A stretch of DNA of 64,000 bases from Candidatus Moraniibacteriota bacterium (GTDB taxonomy: Bacteria; Patescibacteriota; Minisyncoccia; Moranbacterales; UBA1568): the NCBI GenBank assembly GCA_963743885.1, contig CAVURJ010000001.1, forward strand, positions 140,949 through 204,948, read 5' to 3'. A program made the translations under genes and the position numbers. Shown here in pieces: positions 18,489-26,361 of this stretch; positions within the stretch are counted from its first letter, which is position 1, and every line of letters starts with the position of its first letter. A model generated the notes under the pieces. It was not told where the DNA came from, did not search any database, and saw nothing but the letters and a program-made list of their open reading frames with translations.

Positions 18489-19133
18489 ATGAGAATGGAA
18501 CTGATGCCAATGAAAAAGAACAACGAGTCCATGCGGCTCGCAGAGGCATTCAGGATTGCAAGAACGAATGAATTTATCAGCAAGGATTTGCTTTTGGATT
18601 TGGAGTTGGACCTTGAGAATGGGGGGTTTTTACTTGCGAAAACGAATGAGGTTTTCGAAAAAATGCACAATCAAGAATTGCTTTGTCGTAGTGAATCTTT
18701 CAGTGAAGTGATGAGCGCTGTTATTGATGGAAAGGATATTGAACTTAGGAATCCGGAAAATGATGCTAATATGTGTGTTGTAGCTGGCGGATCAGGTTTT
18801 CGTACGGCTATGATAGAGGGGTTTTCCGGTAAGGATGTCAGCGGAACAGTGAAAGCCGTTGTCACTTTCAGGAAGAATCATCTAGTATCTATTGATCCAA
18901 TAACGAGAGATTCTCGACTCTGGGAATTGAAGCCAGAAACAGCTCAGGTTTCATTGAGAGGAGAAGGAATAATATCTCCCGATGACATTGAGATGGTATC
19001 GTTGAGGTTTCCAGTAAGATTCTTTCCAGAAGAGATGCTGACGGAAGAGGAGGCTGATAGGCTGGGCGACGAACAGATACGGTTTATCGTGAGGCATTAC
19101 ATAAAAACAAAAAGCCGCCCCATACATCATTGA
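18489..19133 (+). CDS. Hypothetical protein (low-GC islet, ~42% GC)
   Basis: 214-aa ORF with markedly lower GC than flanks; G8 tract 23 bp upstream of ATG. Confidence 0.45.
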   Translation: MRMELMPMKKNNESMRLAEAFRIARTNEFISKDLLLDLELDLENGGFLLAKTNEVFEKMHNQELLCRSESFSEVMSAVIDGKDIELRNPENDANMCVVAGGSGFRTAMIEGFSGKDVSGTVKAVVTFRKNHLVSIDPITRDSRLWELKPETAQVSLRGEGIISPDDIEMVSLRFPVRFFPEEMLTEEEADRLGDEQIRFIVRHYIKTKSRPIHH

Positions 19134-19147
19134 TGATTGGTGCGGCC

Positions 19148-19417
19148 TTAATGTGTCTCGATGGATTTGGCGCATTTTGAGCAGAATGGCGTCTCAGGGA
19201 TGAGTTCCAATCGCTTTTCCTCAATTGGTGTTCCGCAGTTGGTGCAGAGGCCGTATTGTCCGTCTGCCAGGCGTCTGACAGCGAAGTCGATCCGCTTGAT
19301 ATCGTCGTAGGAATGCGACAGCGCTTGTTCTCCGCCTTTGTGCAAAATTCCAAGCTTTGATTTCCTGCGTATAGCGAGCCGCCTCCCTATTTGTACAAGG
19401 AACTCCTGCGTAAACAT
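19148..19417 (-). CDS. DksA/TraR-family C4-type zinc-finger protein
   Basis: 89 aa; YGLCTNCGTPI...PETPFCSKCA four-Cys zinc finger. Confidence 0.65.
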   Translation of the reverse strand: MFTQEFLVQIGRRLAIRRKSKLGILHKGGEQALSHSYDDIKRIDFAVRRLADGQYGLCTNCGTPIEEKRLELIPETPFCSKCAKSIETH

Positions 19418-19512
19418 GATAACTCCCGAGTTGTTAAGGAAAAAACAGGATAGTATATTTATAAAGCTTTGTCAACAGTGCTAATCATTTATTGTTTTAT
19501 ATAAGCCATAAT

Positions 19513-20364
19513 ATGCCGGAACTACCGGAAGCGCAGACAGTTGTATCGCAGCTTGGGAAGAAGGCTATCGGCAAGATGGTTTCTGGTTTTTCGAGTGAGT
19601 GGAAGAAGAATGTGCGGCCTTCTTTCGCTGCTTTTGTTCGTAGGGCGAAGAGTGGATCGGTCGTCGCAGTACGTCGTTTCGGCAAGCATATCGTCATCGA
19701 TCTCGATAATGGTTTCTCAATCGTCATCCATCTCAAGATGACCGGGCACCTGCTCTGGAAGACCGATGAGAATCGCGAGAGCAAAGCGTTCGTTGATGAT
19801 CCGTATAATGGTTTCATCCGACATACCCTTTCCTTCTCTGACGGGTCGACGCTTGAATTTTCTGATATGCGCAAGTTCGGCTGGCTCCATGTGATGCCGA
19901 CCAAGGAAGTGGAGGAGCTCCCGTCGATCAGTGGCCTTGGTATCGATGCGCTTTCGCCCGAGCTCACCACGAAGCGTTTCCGTGAGATCGTCTTGTCTCG
20001 GCCCAAGCGGACGATTGGTGAGGCACTGCTCGATCAGGACCGTATCGCTGGCATTGGCAATATCTACCGGAGCGAAGCGCTCTTCCTCGCGTGCGTGCGT
20101 CCAGATCGTATCGTCGCGAGTATTACTGATGAAGAATGGCAGCGGCTCCTGCCAGCAGTGAAACAAGTGCTCCGTCACGCAGCACGTCTTGGTGGACTCT
20201 CTGGTGGTGACTTCCGTGATACAGATGGCAGAGACGGGCGTTTCCAGCGTGCGGCGTATACGTATCAGCGCGACGGTGATCCGTGCAAGATATGTGGTAC
20301 AATTATAAAGCGTAAAAAACTCGGGCAGCGCAGTGTTTTCTATTGCGCGCATTGCCAAAAGTAA
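19513..20364 (+). CDS. mutM: Formamidopyrimidine-DNA glycosylase (Fpg/Nei family)
   Basis: MPELPEAQTV N-terminus (catalytic Pro2), C-terminal zinc finger CKICGTIIKRKKLGQRSVFYCAHCQK. Confidence 0.85.
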   Translation: MPELPEAQTVVSQLGKKAIGKMVSGFSSEWKKNVRPSFAAFVRRAKSGSVVAVRRFGKHIVIDLDNGFSIVIHLKMTGHLLWKTDENRESKAFVDDPYNGFIRHTLSFSDGSTLEFSDMRKFGWLHVMPTKEVEELPSISGLGIDALSPELTTKRFREIVLSRPKRTIGEALLDQDRIAGIGNIYRSEALFLACVRPDRIVASITDEEWQRLLPAVKQVLRHAARLGGLSGGDFRDTDGRDGRFQRAAYTYQRDGDPCKICGTIIKRKKLGQRSVFYCAHCQK

Positions 20365-20381
20365 CAGCTATCAAAAAACAT

Positions 20382-21515
20382 ATGGATGGAAGGAAGAAAG
20401 TCATCATCGCGGTCATCGCGATCGTTGTCGCTATCGCTGTGTGGTATTTTGCCTTCGGCAAGCAGGGCGCCCGCAAGCCGATCGAGCTCAATAACAAGCA
20501 GCAGTCGATGACAGAAGTGCAGACCTCCCCGGTGAATGAGGGCAATGTCAGCCCGCTCTCGGGTCTACCGTGCGACAACTGGAACCGTCGCCCGATCGCG
20601 GTCATGCAGCCTGGTGATGTGACGGCCCGTCCAGCTGCTGGTTTCTCTGAGGCAGACATGGTCTTCGAGATTCCGGTCATCACGTCGAGCATCACGCGGC
20701 TCATGGGCGTATACCTCTGCAACACGCCGGCGGAGACCGGATCAATGCGGAGTGCGCGCCATGACTTCATCAGCCTCGCCAAGGGTCTTGATGCCATCTT
20801 CGTCTCATGGGGACGCTCGGAGTCGCATGACGATTCTGATCCGGTCGGCCTCGCTAAGGGTATCCTCGATCGCGGTGAGGTTGAGAATATCAACTGCAAT
20901 GGCGATGCTGGCAAGTCGGCCAACGCCTGCCCGGAGAATCCTTGCTTCCGCAAGGACGGGATCGCCCGCGGTGTGGATAGCGGCTACGGCAAGCCGGCTG
21001 GGTTCTTCCAGTGCGCCAAGGATTTCGGGTACCGTCTTGAGAACAAGTTCGTTGGTTACAAGCATGTGGCTGAAGCGGCAGCTGATAGCCGGCCGAAGGG
21101 TGGACACTTGCGCGTAGCATTCGCTGGACCGTATGCGGCCGAGTATGACTATGACAAGGATACGAATAGCTATCTCCGTACCTGGGGCAATGTGCCGGAT
21201 ACCGATCGTAATACGAAGGCTCGTGTCGCTCCGAAGAACGTCGTGGTATTGATCGCACTTTCCGAGCAGATCGAGGGGCAGTACAACAATGTGCAGCTCG
21301 GTGATCCGTGGTACGACCGGACCGATAGCGGTGATGCTTTCTACTACGTGAACGGACAAGAGATCCGTGGTACTTGGAAGAAGGACAAGTCAAACATCTC
21401 GAGCAAGCTCTTCTTCTACGATCAGTCAGGTAAGGAAATGGAGTTTGTCCCAGGCCAGATCTGGGTCGAGGTGCTCGAGCCGGGCCAGACGCTCCGGTGG
21501 GAACCTGTGAACTAG
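20382..21515 (+). CDS. DUF3048-like (YerB-like) secreted/membrane-anchored protein
   Basis: N-terminal TM anchor; RPIAVMQPGDVTARPAAGFSEADMVFEIPV resembles the DUF3048 N-terminal motif. Confidence 0.5.
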   Translation: MDGRKKVIIAVIAIVVAIAVWYFAFGKQGARKPIELNNKQQSMTEVQTSPVNEGNVSPLSGLPCDNWNRRPIAVMQPGDVTARPAAGFSEADMVFEIPVITSSITRLMGVYLCNTPAETGSMRSARHDFISLAKGLDAIFVSWGRSESHDDSDPVGLAKGILDRGEVENINCNGDAGKSANACPENPCFRKDGIARGVDSGYGKPAGFFQCAKDFGYRLENKFVGYKHVAEAAADSRPKGGHLRVAFAGPYAAEYDYDKDTNSYLRTWGNVPDTDRNTKARVAPKNVVVLIALSEQIEGQYNNVQLGDPWYDRTDSGDAFYYVNGQEIRGTWKKDKSNISSKLFFYDQSGKEMEFVPGQIWVEVLEPGQTLRWEPVN

Positions 21516-21519
21516 CTTC

Positions 21520-21640
21520 TTAGCTTGTAGCTTCTTTAGCTTCGTTAGGGCAAAAACAGACCACAAGTCTGTTTTTTGCTATACTGAAGGGAGTTTTCTA
21601 GCTGAAAGCTAATGCAGCTAACGAAGCTAATGCAGCTACT
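21520..21640. repeat. Inverted pair of TAGCTTCGTTAGC-family repeats flanking a bidirectional terminator
   Basis: tagcttgtagcttctttagcttcgttag ... ctaatgcagctaacgaagctaatgcagcta around the acagac-cacaa-gtctgt-TTTTTT hairpin; a related copy lies at 18437-18458 after polA. Confidence 0.6.
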
Positions 21641-21643
21641 GTT

Positions 21644-22618
21644 ATGATTCTCTTCCTCCACGGTGATGATGATTTCTCGGTGAGCCGGCGCCGCCGGGAT
21701 TTGCAGAAAGCCTTTACGGAAAAATATCCACAGTCAGAAGTGTCCGTCTTCGATTTCGAAGATCAGTCCGGTCCGGAAGATCTGCGGCGGGCGTTTGGCG
21801 TCTGCGAGGGCGGCCTTTTCGCGACGCGCAAGATGATCGTCTTCCTCCATCCATGCGCGCTTGAGGACAAAGCGGAAGATATGCTCAAGGCCTTCCTCAA
21901 GGAGCAAGCGAAGAAGGAGGATGACGTCGTGCTCCTCTTCGTGGAGCCAGGAAAGATCAAGAAGACGCATCCGGTCGCGAGTTTTCTTCTCAAACATGCT
22001 GGCAAGGAAGAAGCGTTCCCGAAGCCGGATGCGAAGGACCAGTCCGCGCTCGCAAAGATCGCGGAGCGTGAGCTCGCGTCGGTCGCTTCTGGGGTGACCT
22101 TTTCGCGCGAGGCACTTCGTATGTTCGTTTCGATCATCGGGACTGATCGTGCCCGCATGGCTTCGGAATCGGAGAAGCTTGCGGCGTACAAGGGCGGAAA
22201 TGGGACTGTCGAGGCTGAAGATGTGGTACTCATGCTCGAGGGCGCGAAGGAGAGTGCTATCTTCGATGCGCTTGATGCGCTGGGGCAGGGTGATAGGGCG
22301 CGGGCACTTACGTTGCTTAGCCGTGAGACGGACGGTGGCGAAGGCGCGTATCCGGTGCTCGCCATGTGTGCGTGGCAGGTGCGGCGCATGCTCCTTGTGC
22401 GCGAGGCCTATGACCAAGGCATGCGGCGTGCGGGGGATATTGCTTCCGCTACCAAGCTCGCGCCGTTTGTCGTAGGGAAGGCACTCGGTACGATTGCGAA
22501 TTTTCCGCTCGTTCGGCTCAAGGCCGGGCTCGCGCTCCTTTCCGAATCCGACACCAAGCTCAAGACCGGCGCCATGGATCCGCAAGTAGCACTGAGTTTG
22601 TTCATTTGGAAATTTTGA
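21644..22618 (+). CDS. holA: DNA polymerase III delta subunit (HolA-like)
   Basis: 324 aa; MILFLHGDDDF N-terminus and overall delta-subunit architecture. Confidence 0.6.
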   Translation: MILFLHGDDDFSVSRRRRDLQKAFTEKYPQSEVSVFDFEDQSGPEDLRRAFGVCEGGLFATRKMIVFLHPCALEDKAEDMLKAFLKEQAKKEDDVVLLFVEPGKIKKTHPVASFLLKHAGKEEAFPKPDAKDQSALAKIAERELASVASGVTFSREALRMFVSIIGTDRARMASESEKLAAYKGGNGTVEAEDVVLMLEGAKESAIFDALDALGQGDRARALTLLSRETDGGEGAYPVLAMCAWQVRRMLLVREAYDQGMRRAGDIASATKLAPFVVGKALGTIANFPLVRLKAGLALLSESDTKLKTGAMDPQVALSLFIWKF

Positions 22619-22658
22619 GCTTTAGCTCATCCTGGTTTTTTGGTTGGTATTTTTGTTT

Positions 22659-22694
22659 TCCTCCTCCACTGCCAAGGGGAGGGTAGGGAGGGGT
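22659..22694. repeat. Hairpin repeat, left flank of DUF559 gene
   Basis: cctcctccactgccaaggggagggtagggagggg; inverted/near-identical partner at 23053-23087. Confidence 0.6.
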
Positions 22695-22700
22695 TATGAT

Positions 22701-23051
22701 ATGTACCGGATATTCAATAAAAAAGATACGACTGAATTCCGAAGGAAGCTTCGGAAAGAATCTACACCGCAAGAGATAATCCTCTGGTCGCGATTGCGGA
22801 GAAAAGCTCTTGGATATAAATTCCGTCGCCAGCAGGCTATAGACGGATATATCGTTGATTTTTTCTGCTCAGAAAGGAATCTCATCATAGAATTGGATGG
22901 GTGGCAGCACAAGGAATCGGTGAAGCATGATGAAAAGCGGACGGAGTATCTCAATGGTCTCGGTATGAGGGTTTTGCGTTTTTGGAATAATGAAGTCAAT
23001 GATGACTTGGAAGGGGTGGTGTTGAAGATTGAGGAGAGCCTGAAGAATTGA
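22701..23051 (+). CDS. DUF559 (Vsr-like endonuclease fold) domain protein, low-GC
   Basis: ESTPQEIILWSRLR...GYKFRRQQAIDGYIVDFFC...LIIELDGWQH; ~43% GC. Confidence 0.65.
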   Translation: MYRIFNKKDTTEFRRKLRKESTPQEIILWSRLRRKALGYKFRRQQAIDGYIVDFFCSERNLIIELDGWQHKESVKHDEKRTEYLNGLGMRVLRFWNNEVNDDLEGVVLKIEESLKN

Positions 23052-23052
23052 C

Positions 23053-23087
23053 CTCCCCTCAATCCCCTCCTTGGCAGGAGGGGAGGA
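23053..23087. repeat. Hairpin repeat, right flank of DUF559 gene
   Basis: cctcccctcaatcccctccttggcaggaggggagg. Confidence 0.6.
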
Positions 23088-23092
23088 AGAAC

Positions 23093-23122
23093 GAAAAAAC
23101 CTCCCGGAAGGGAGGTTTTGCT
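23093..23122. terminator. Bidirectional rho-independent terminator
   Basis: aaaaaacctcccggaagggaggttttg. Confidence 0.7.
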
Positions 23123-23148
23123 ATATACGGTATACGGTATACGATATA

Positions 23149-23418
23149 CTACTTTGTTGCTGCCTTCTTTACGAGGGCGTTCAAGCGGGACTTCTTGCGG
23201 GCAGCGGTGTTCTTCTTGATCACCTTCTTCTGCGCGGCCTTGTCGAGAGCCTTGATGGCCTTCTTGAGAGTCTCCTGCGCCTCGTCTACCTTGCCGGCAG
23301 CGATGGCTTCGCGAGTCTTCTTGACGGCGCTCTTCACGACACCGTTCACGACTTTGTTGCGGAGCGTGTTCTTGGCGGTGACGCGCATGTACTTCCTGGC
23401 GGCTTTCTTAATCGGCAT
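23149..23418 (-). CDS. rpsT: 30S ribosomal protein S20
   Basis: MPIKKAARKYMRVTAKNTLRNKV... Lys/Ala-rich 89 aa. Confidence 0.9.
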   Translation of the reverse strand: MPIKKAARKYMRVTAKNTLRNKVVNGVVKSAVKKTREAIAAGKVDEAQETLKKAIKALDKAAQKKVIKKNTAARKKSRLNALVKKAATK

Positions 23419-23563
23419 AGTAGCTATATCAAAATTAAAATATCAAAACGAAAAACTGATAAAACAAGGAACCTGAGACCTATTCTTTCTATCATGGTCC
23501 GAGTGTTTTGGCAAGAGTACGGCATTTTTTCGACTTTGTATATCAGGGGTATGTTATTGAAAT

Positions 23564-23612
23564 TACCGGGAATCCTGGTATATTTGACAAGTACCGGGAA
23601 TCCCGGTAAAAT
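23564..23612 (+). promoter_or_regulatory. Sigma70-type promoter (TTGACA-17-TAAAAT) with two copies of the 17-bp palindrome TACCGGGAATCCCGGTA; -10 abuts start codon
   Basis: taccgggaatcctggta (23564-23580), ttgaca (23584-23589), taccgggaatcccggta (23592-23608), taaaat (23607-23612). Confidence 0.6.
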
Positions 23613-23618
23613 ATGGTC

Positions 23619-24584
23619 ATGAAGATATCCATACCAAATAGCGCGTTTCTTGGCAATATTAACCCTTTTTTGAGGGGTTTTGACCCTAAGAATAAGGAAA
23701 TTTTTGAGATAGCAGCGAACGAGAAATGGATATCTGTCCATCCTGTCGCGCTGGCTATGATTGCCGCTATTGGGCTACCACTCAAGGCGAATGAGGTGTT
23801 CTTCGATAGGCTGACGGCGAAATCGGGGCACTATCTCGAAAGGATGGGATTATTCAAGTTTCTCGGGATCGATTCTGGGATAAAGATCAATGAGCATGAG
23901 CCGGCAGGAAGATTCATCCCGCTGACGCAGATAAACAATTCCGATGAGCTTTCAAAATTCGTAACGGACATCATCCCGTTGCTCCATCTCAATCCGCTCC
24001 AGACCGATGCACTCCGTTATGTCATCAGCGAACTCGTGAGGAATGTCATCGAGCATGCTGATTCCCCAATCGGAGCAATCGTCGCTGCTCAGTATTATCC
24101 GGATAACACTATACGGATCGGCATTGCCGATACCGGAGTAGGGATACGGTCTACCATCAGCAAGGCGCATCCGGCGAAAACCGATATTGATGCGATCAGG
24201 CTCGCTCTGACACCAGGGATAACCGGTACGACGAGCCGGGAAGGAGGCACGGAATCCAATGCCGGTGCCGGTCTGTTCTTTATAAAATCCATATCAAAGG
24301 TGAGTAGGGAATTCTTCATGATATACAGCGGCGACGCCATGTACAAGCTTCTCAAGGAGCCGCTCCGGGCGAAGAGACCAATAAGGCTTTTCGCGGATCC
24401 GTTCAATGATAGGTATACAGCCGAAGAAGGTTTGCCGGTCTGGCAAGGGACGGTTGTCGGGGTGGATATATCGCTTGATGACACGCAAGAATTCTCGGAC
24501 CTTTTAGATCTTATCAGGGACGTGTATGCGAAAACAGTGAGAGAACGGAGACGTGAAAAATATAAGAAACCGAAATTCATATGA
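23619..24584 (+). CDS. GHKL/histidine-kinase-like ATPase domain protein (low-GC), probable leaderless start
   Basis: ALRYVISELVRNVIEHADSP ... IGIADTGVGI ... GAGLFFIKSIS (N, G1, G2 boxes); alternative ATG at 23613. Confidence 0.6.
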   Translation: MKISIPNSAFLGNINPFLRGFDPKNKEIFEIAANEKWISVHPVALAMIAAIGLPLKANEVFFDRLTAKSGHYLERMGLFKFLGIDSGIKINEHEPAGRFIPLTQINNSDELSKFVTDIIPLLHLNPLQTDALRYVISELVRNVIEHADSPIGAIVAAQYYPDNTIRIGIADTGVGIRSTISKAHPAKTDIDAIRLALTPGITGTTSREGGTESNAGAGLFFIKSISKVSREFFMIYSGDAMYKLLKEPLRAKRPIRLFADPFNDRYTAEEGLPVWQGTVVGVDISLDDTQEFSDLLDLIRDVYAKTVRERRREKYKKPKFI

Positions 24585-24871
24585 TTATCGTAGAATTATT
24601 CGGGAAAACGGGAGCGTTCGCCGAAAACAAGGATATCGCGCGGGATATCCGGGTGCATACCATATTGCCGGCCCTCGATAAGGGTGAGGATATTATCCTT
24701 GACTTCAGTGGTGTCACCTCGGCGACACAATCGTTTGTCCATGCTATGATCAGTGATGCTCTTCGGAAACACGGAGACGTTGCTCTTGAGAGAATCTCGT
24801 TCAAATCCTGTAATGATGTTGTGCGGAAGATAATCGGCATAGTGGTTGATTATATGCAGGAGAGCAATTGA
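24581..24871 (+). CDS. STAS-like (DUF4325-like) small protein, translationally coupled to GHKL ATPase
   Basis: 96 aa; ATGA start/stop overlap with upstream gene. Confidence 0.5.
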   Translation: MIIVELFGKTGAFAENKDIARDIRVHTILPALDKGEDIILDFSGVTSATQSFVHAMISDALRKHGDVALERISFKSCNDVVRKIIGIVVDYMQESN

Positions 24872-24883
24872 TTAATATCGCTT

Positions 24884-25453
24884 ATGATAGGAAGATTGGA
24901 AGGAAAAATCGCCGGAATCCGCGGAAATGCCGCTATCGTCATGGTTGGAGGCGTGGGCTATCTCGTGGCTGCGTCTGCCTATACGCTCGGCAAGATCGCC
25001 GGAGAGAGCGAAGTGTCACTCCATATCCATACGCATGTACGAGAGGACCAGCTGGCGCTTTATGGCTTCTTGTCCGAGGAGGAGCTTTCTATGTTTGAGC
25101 TTCTCATCTCTATCTCCGGCATTGGGCCGAAGGTCGCGCTTTCTATTCTCTCTATCGCTGATCCCAAGACTATCCGCACTGCAATCGTGAACAAGGATCC
25201 GTCCATCCTGACGCGCGTGTCGGGGGTCGGCAAGAAGACGGCCGAGCGCGTCATCGTGGAGCTTCAGAACAAGGTGGATGCGATCGGCATCGAAGACCAG
25301 GGGACAGCACTGGCTGGCCAGGACGCTATCGAAGCGCTGGTCTCGCTCGGCTACTCTGTCACAGAGTCCCGCGAAGCGCTCAAGCAGGTGCCGGCCGATA
25401 TCACGGATGTCAGCACGCGTATCCGCCAGGCTTTGAAAAATCTGGGGAAGTAG
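24884..25453 (+). CDS. ruvA: Holliday junction DNA helicase RuvA
   Basis: MIGRLEGKIAGIRGNAAIVMVGGVGYLV ... HhH motifs GIGPKVAL / GVGKKTAERV. Confidence 0.9.
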   Translation: MIGRLEGKIAGIRGNAAIVMVGGVGYLVAASAYTLGKIAGESEVSLHIHTHVREDQLALYGFLSEEELSMFELLISISGIGPKVALSILSIADPKTIRTAIVNKDPSILTRVSGVGKKTAERVIVELQNKVDAIGIEDQGTALAGQDAIEALVSLGYSVTESREALKQVPADITDVSTRIRQALKNLGK

Positions 25454-25461
25454 GGCTGATA

Positions 25462-25486
25462 TTTCAGCTAAATAGCATAAAATATG
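25462..25486 (+). terminator. Rho-independent terminator after ruvA
   Basis: ggctc-tgat-gagcc + tattttt. Confidence 0.55.
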
Positions 25487-25633
25487 GCTCTGATGAGCCT
25501 ATTTTTGTTTATCACTCTCGACAGAATCGATAAAAAGTGCTATAATGGAACGTTACTGGGACTGTCGAAAGATTGTTTTGGAACCGCCATCTTCCCGGGC
25601 GCAATGGGAATGTACTTTGAGAAGGAGCGAACC

Positions 25634-26194
25634 ATGGCTAACGCCGTGAATCTGCCGGGCGATCGTCTGGCGGGCATGATGATGGATCTTTGCGCGAAGT
25701 TGCGTGCGGAAAACCTCACGCTTGACCAATTCGATCTCTTTTTGCAGCACAAGAATCCGTTCGAAAAGATGGGCGATGATATGTTCATCCGTCATGTCAC
25801 TGTGAGTCGTACCCGGACCCCGATGGAAGCGATTGATGCGACTGGTCGGAACAAGTATCTCACCAATGATGCCATCAAGACGATGCCGCGAGGTGAGGGC
25901 GACGAAGCATACGTGATCTTTTTTAAGCTCGGCCGCGAGGTGAGCGACGCCGATCTGGACAAGGAATACGAACTGCGCGACCTCAAGCCTGCCGACCCGT
26001 ATACGCTTGCTGCTGTCAACGAAGCCGACCCCGCCTTTGCTGACGAGCATCCCAATGGTACCCACTGGCAGGATGTGCATGGCAACTGGTGCTATGCGGC
26101 CTTCGGTCGGTGGCGCGACGAGCGTCACGTGGGCGTCTACCGGATCGACGACGGCTGGGGTGACCACTGGTGGTTCGCTGGCCTGCGCAAGTAG
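25634..26194 (+). CDS. Hypothetical protein
   Basis: 187-aa ORF with SD gagaaggagcg; promoter-like tcgaca-17-tataat at ~25521-25550. Confidence 0.45.
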   Translation: MANAVNLPGDRLAGMMMDLCAKLRAENLTLDQFDLFLQHKNPFEKMGDDMFIRHVTVSRTRTPMEAIDATGRNKYLTNDAIKTMPRGEGDEAYVIFFKLGREVSDADLDKEYELRDLKPADPYTLAAVNEADPAFADEHPNGTHWQDVHGNWCYAAFGRWRDERHVGVYRIDDGWGDHWWFAGLRK

Positions 26195-26257
26195 TCCTCT
26201 GGACTTCGGATTCTGCTCTGACCTTTGAGCTTGGTCCTTAGTCCTTTGACCCCGCAT

Positions 26258-26296
26258 TTTACCAACATGGTAGTGCGGGGTTTCATTTTTTCAATT
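26258..26296 (+). terminator. Rho-independent terminator
   Basis: ccccgca-(17-nt loop)-tgcgggg followed by tttcatttttt. Confidence 0.5.
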
Positions 26297-26361
26297 TCTT
26301 GCTTTTTTATATATCGCATCTTGGATTGCCTCAGTATGCGAATGACTATACACTAGGAAAT

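Noticed and set aside
19418-19512. Promoter for mutM (TTGTCA ... CATAAT abutting ATG)
   Set aside because: The hexamers and spacing are not convincing enough to annotate. Noted only as AT-rich divergent promoter region.
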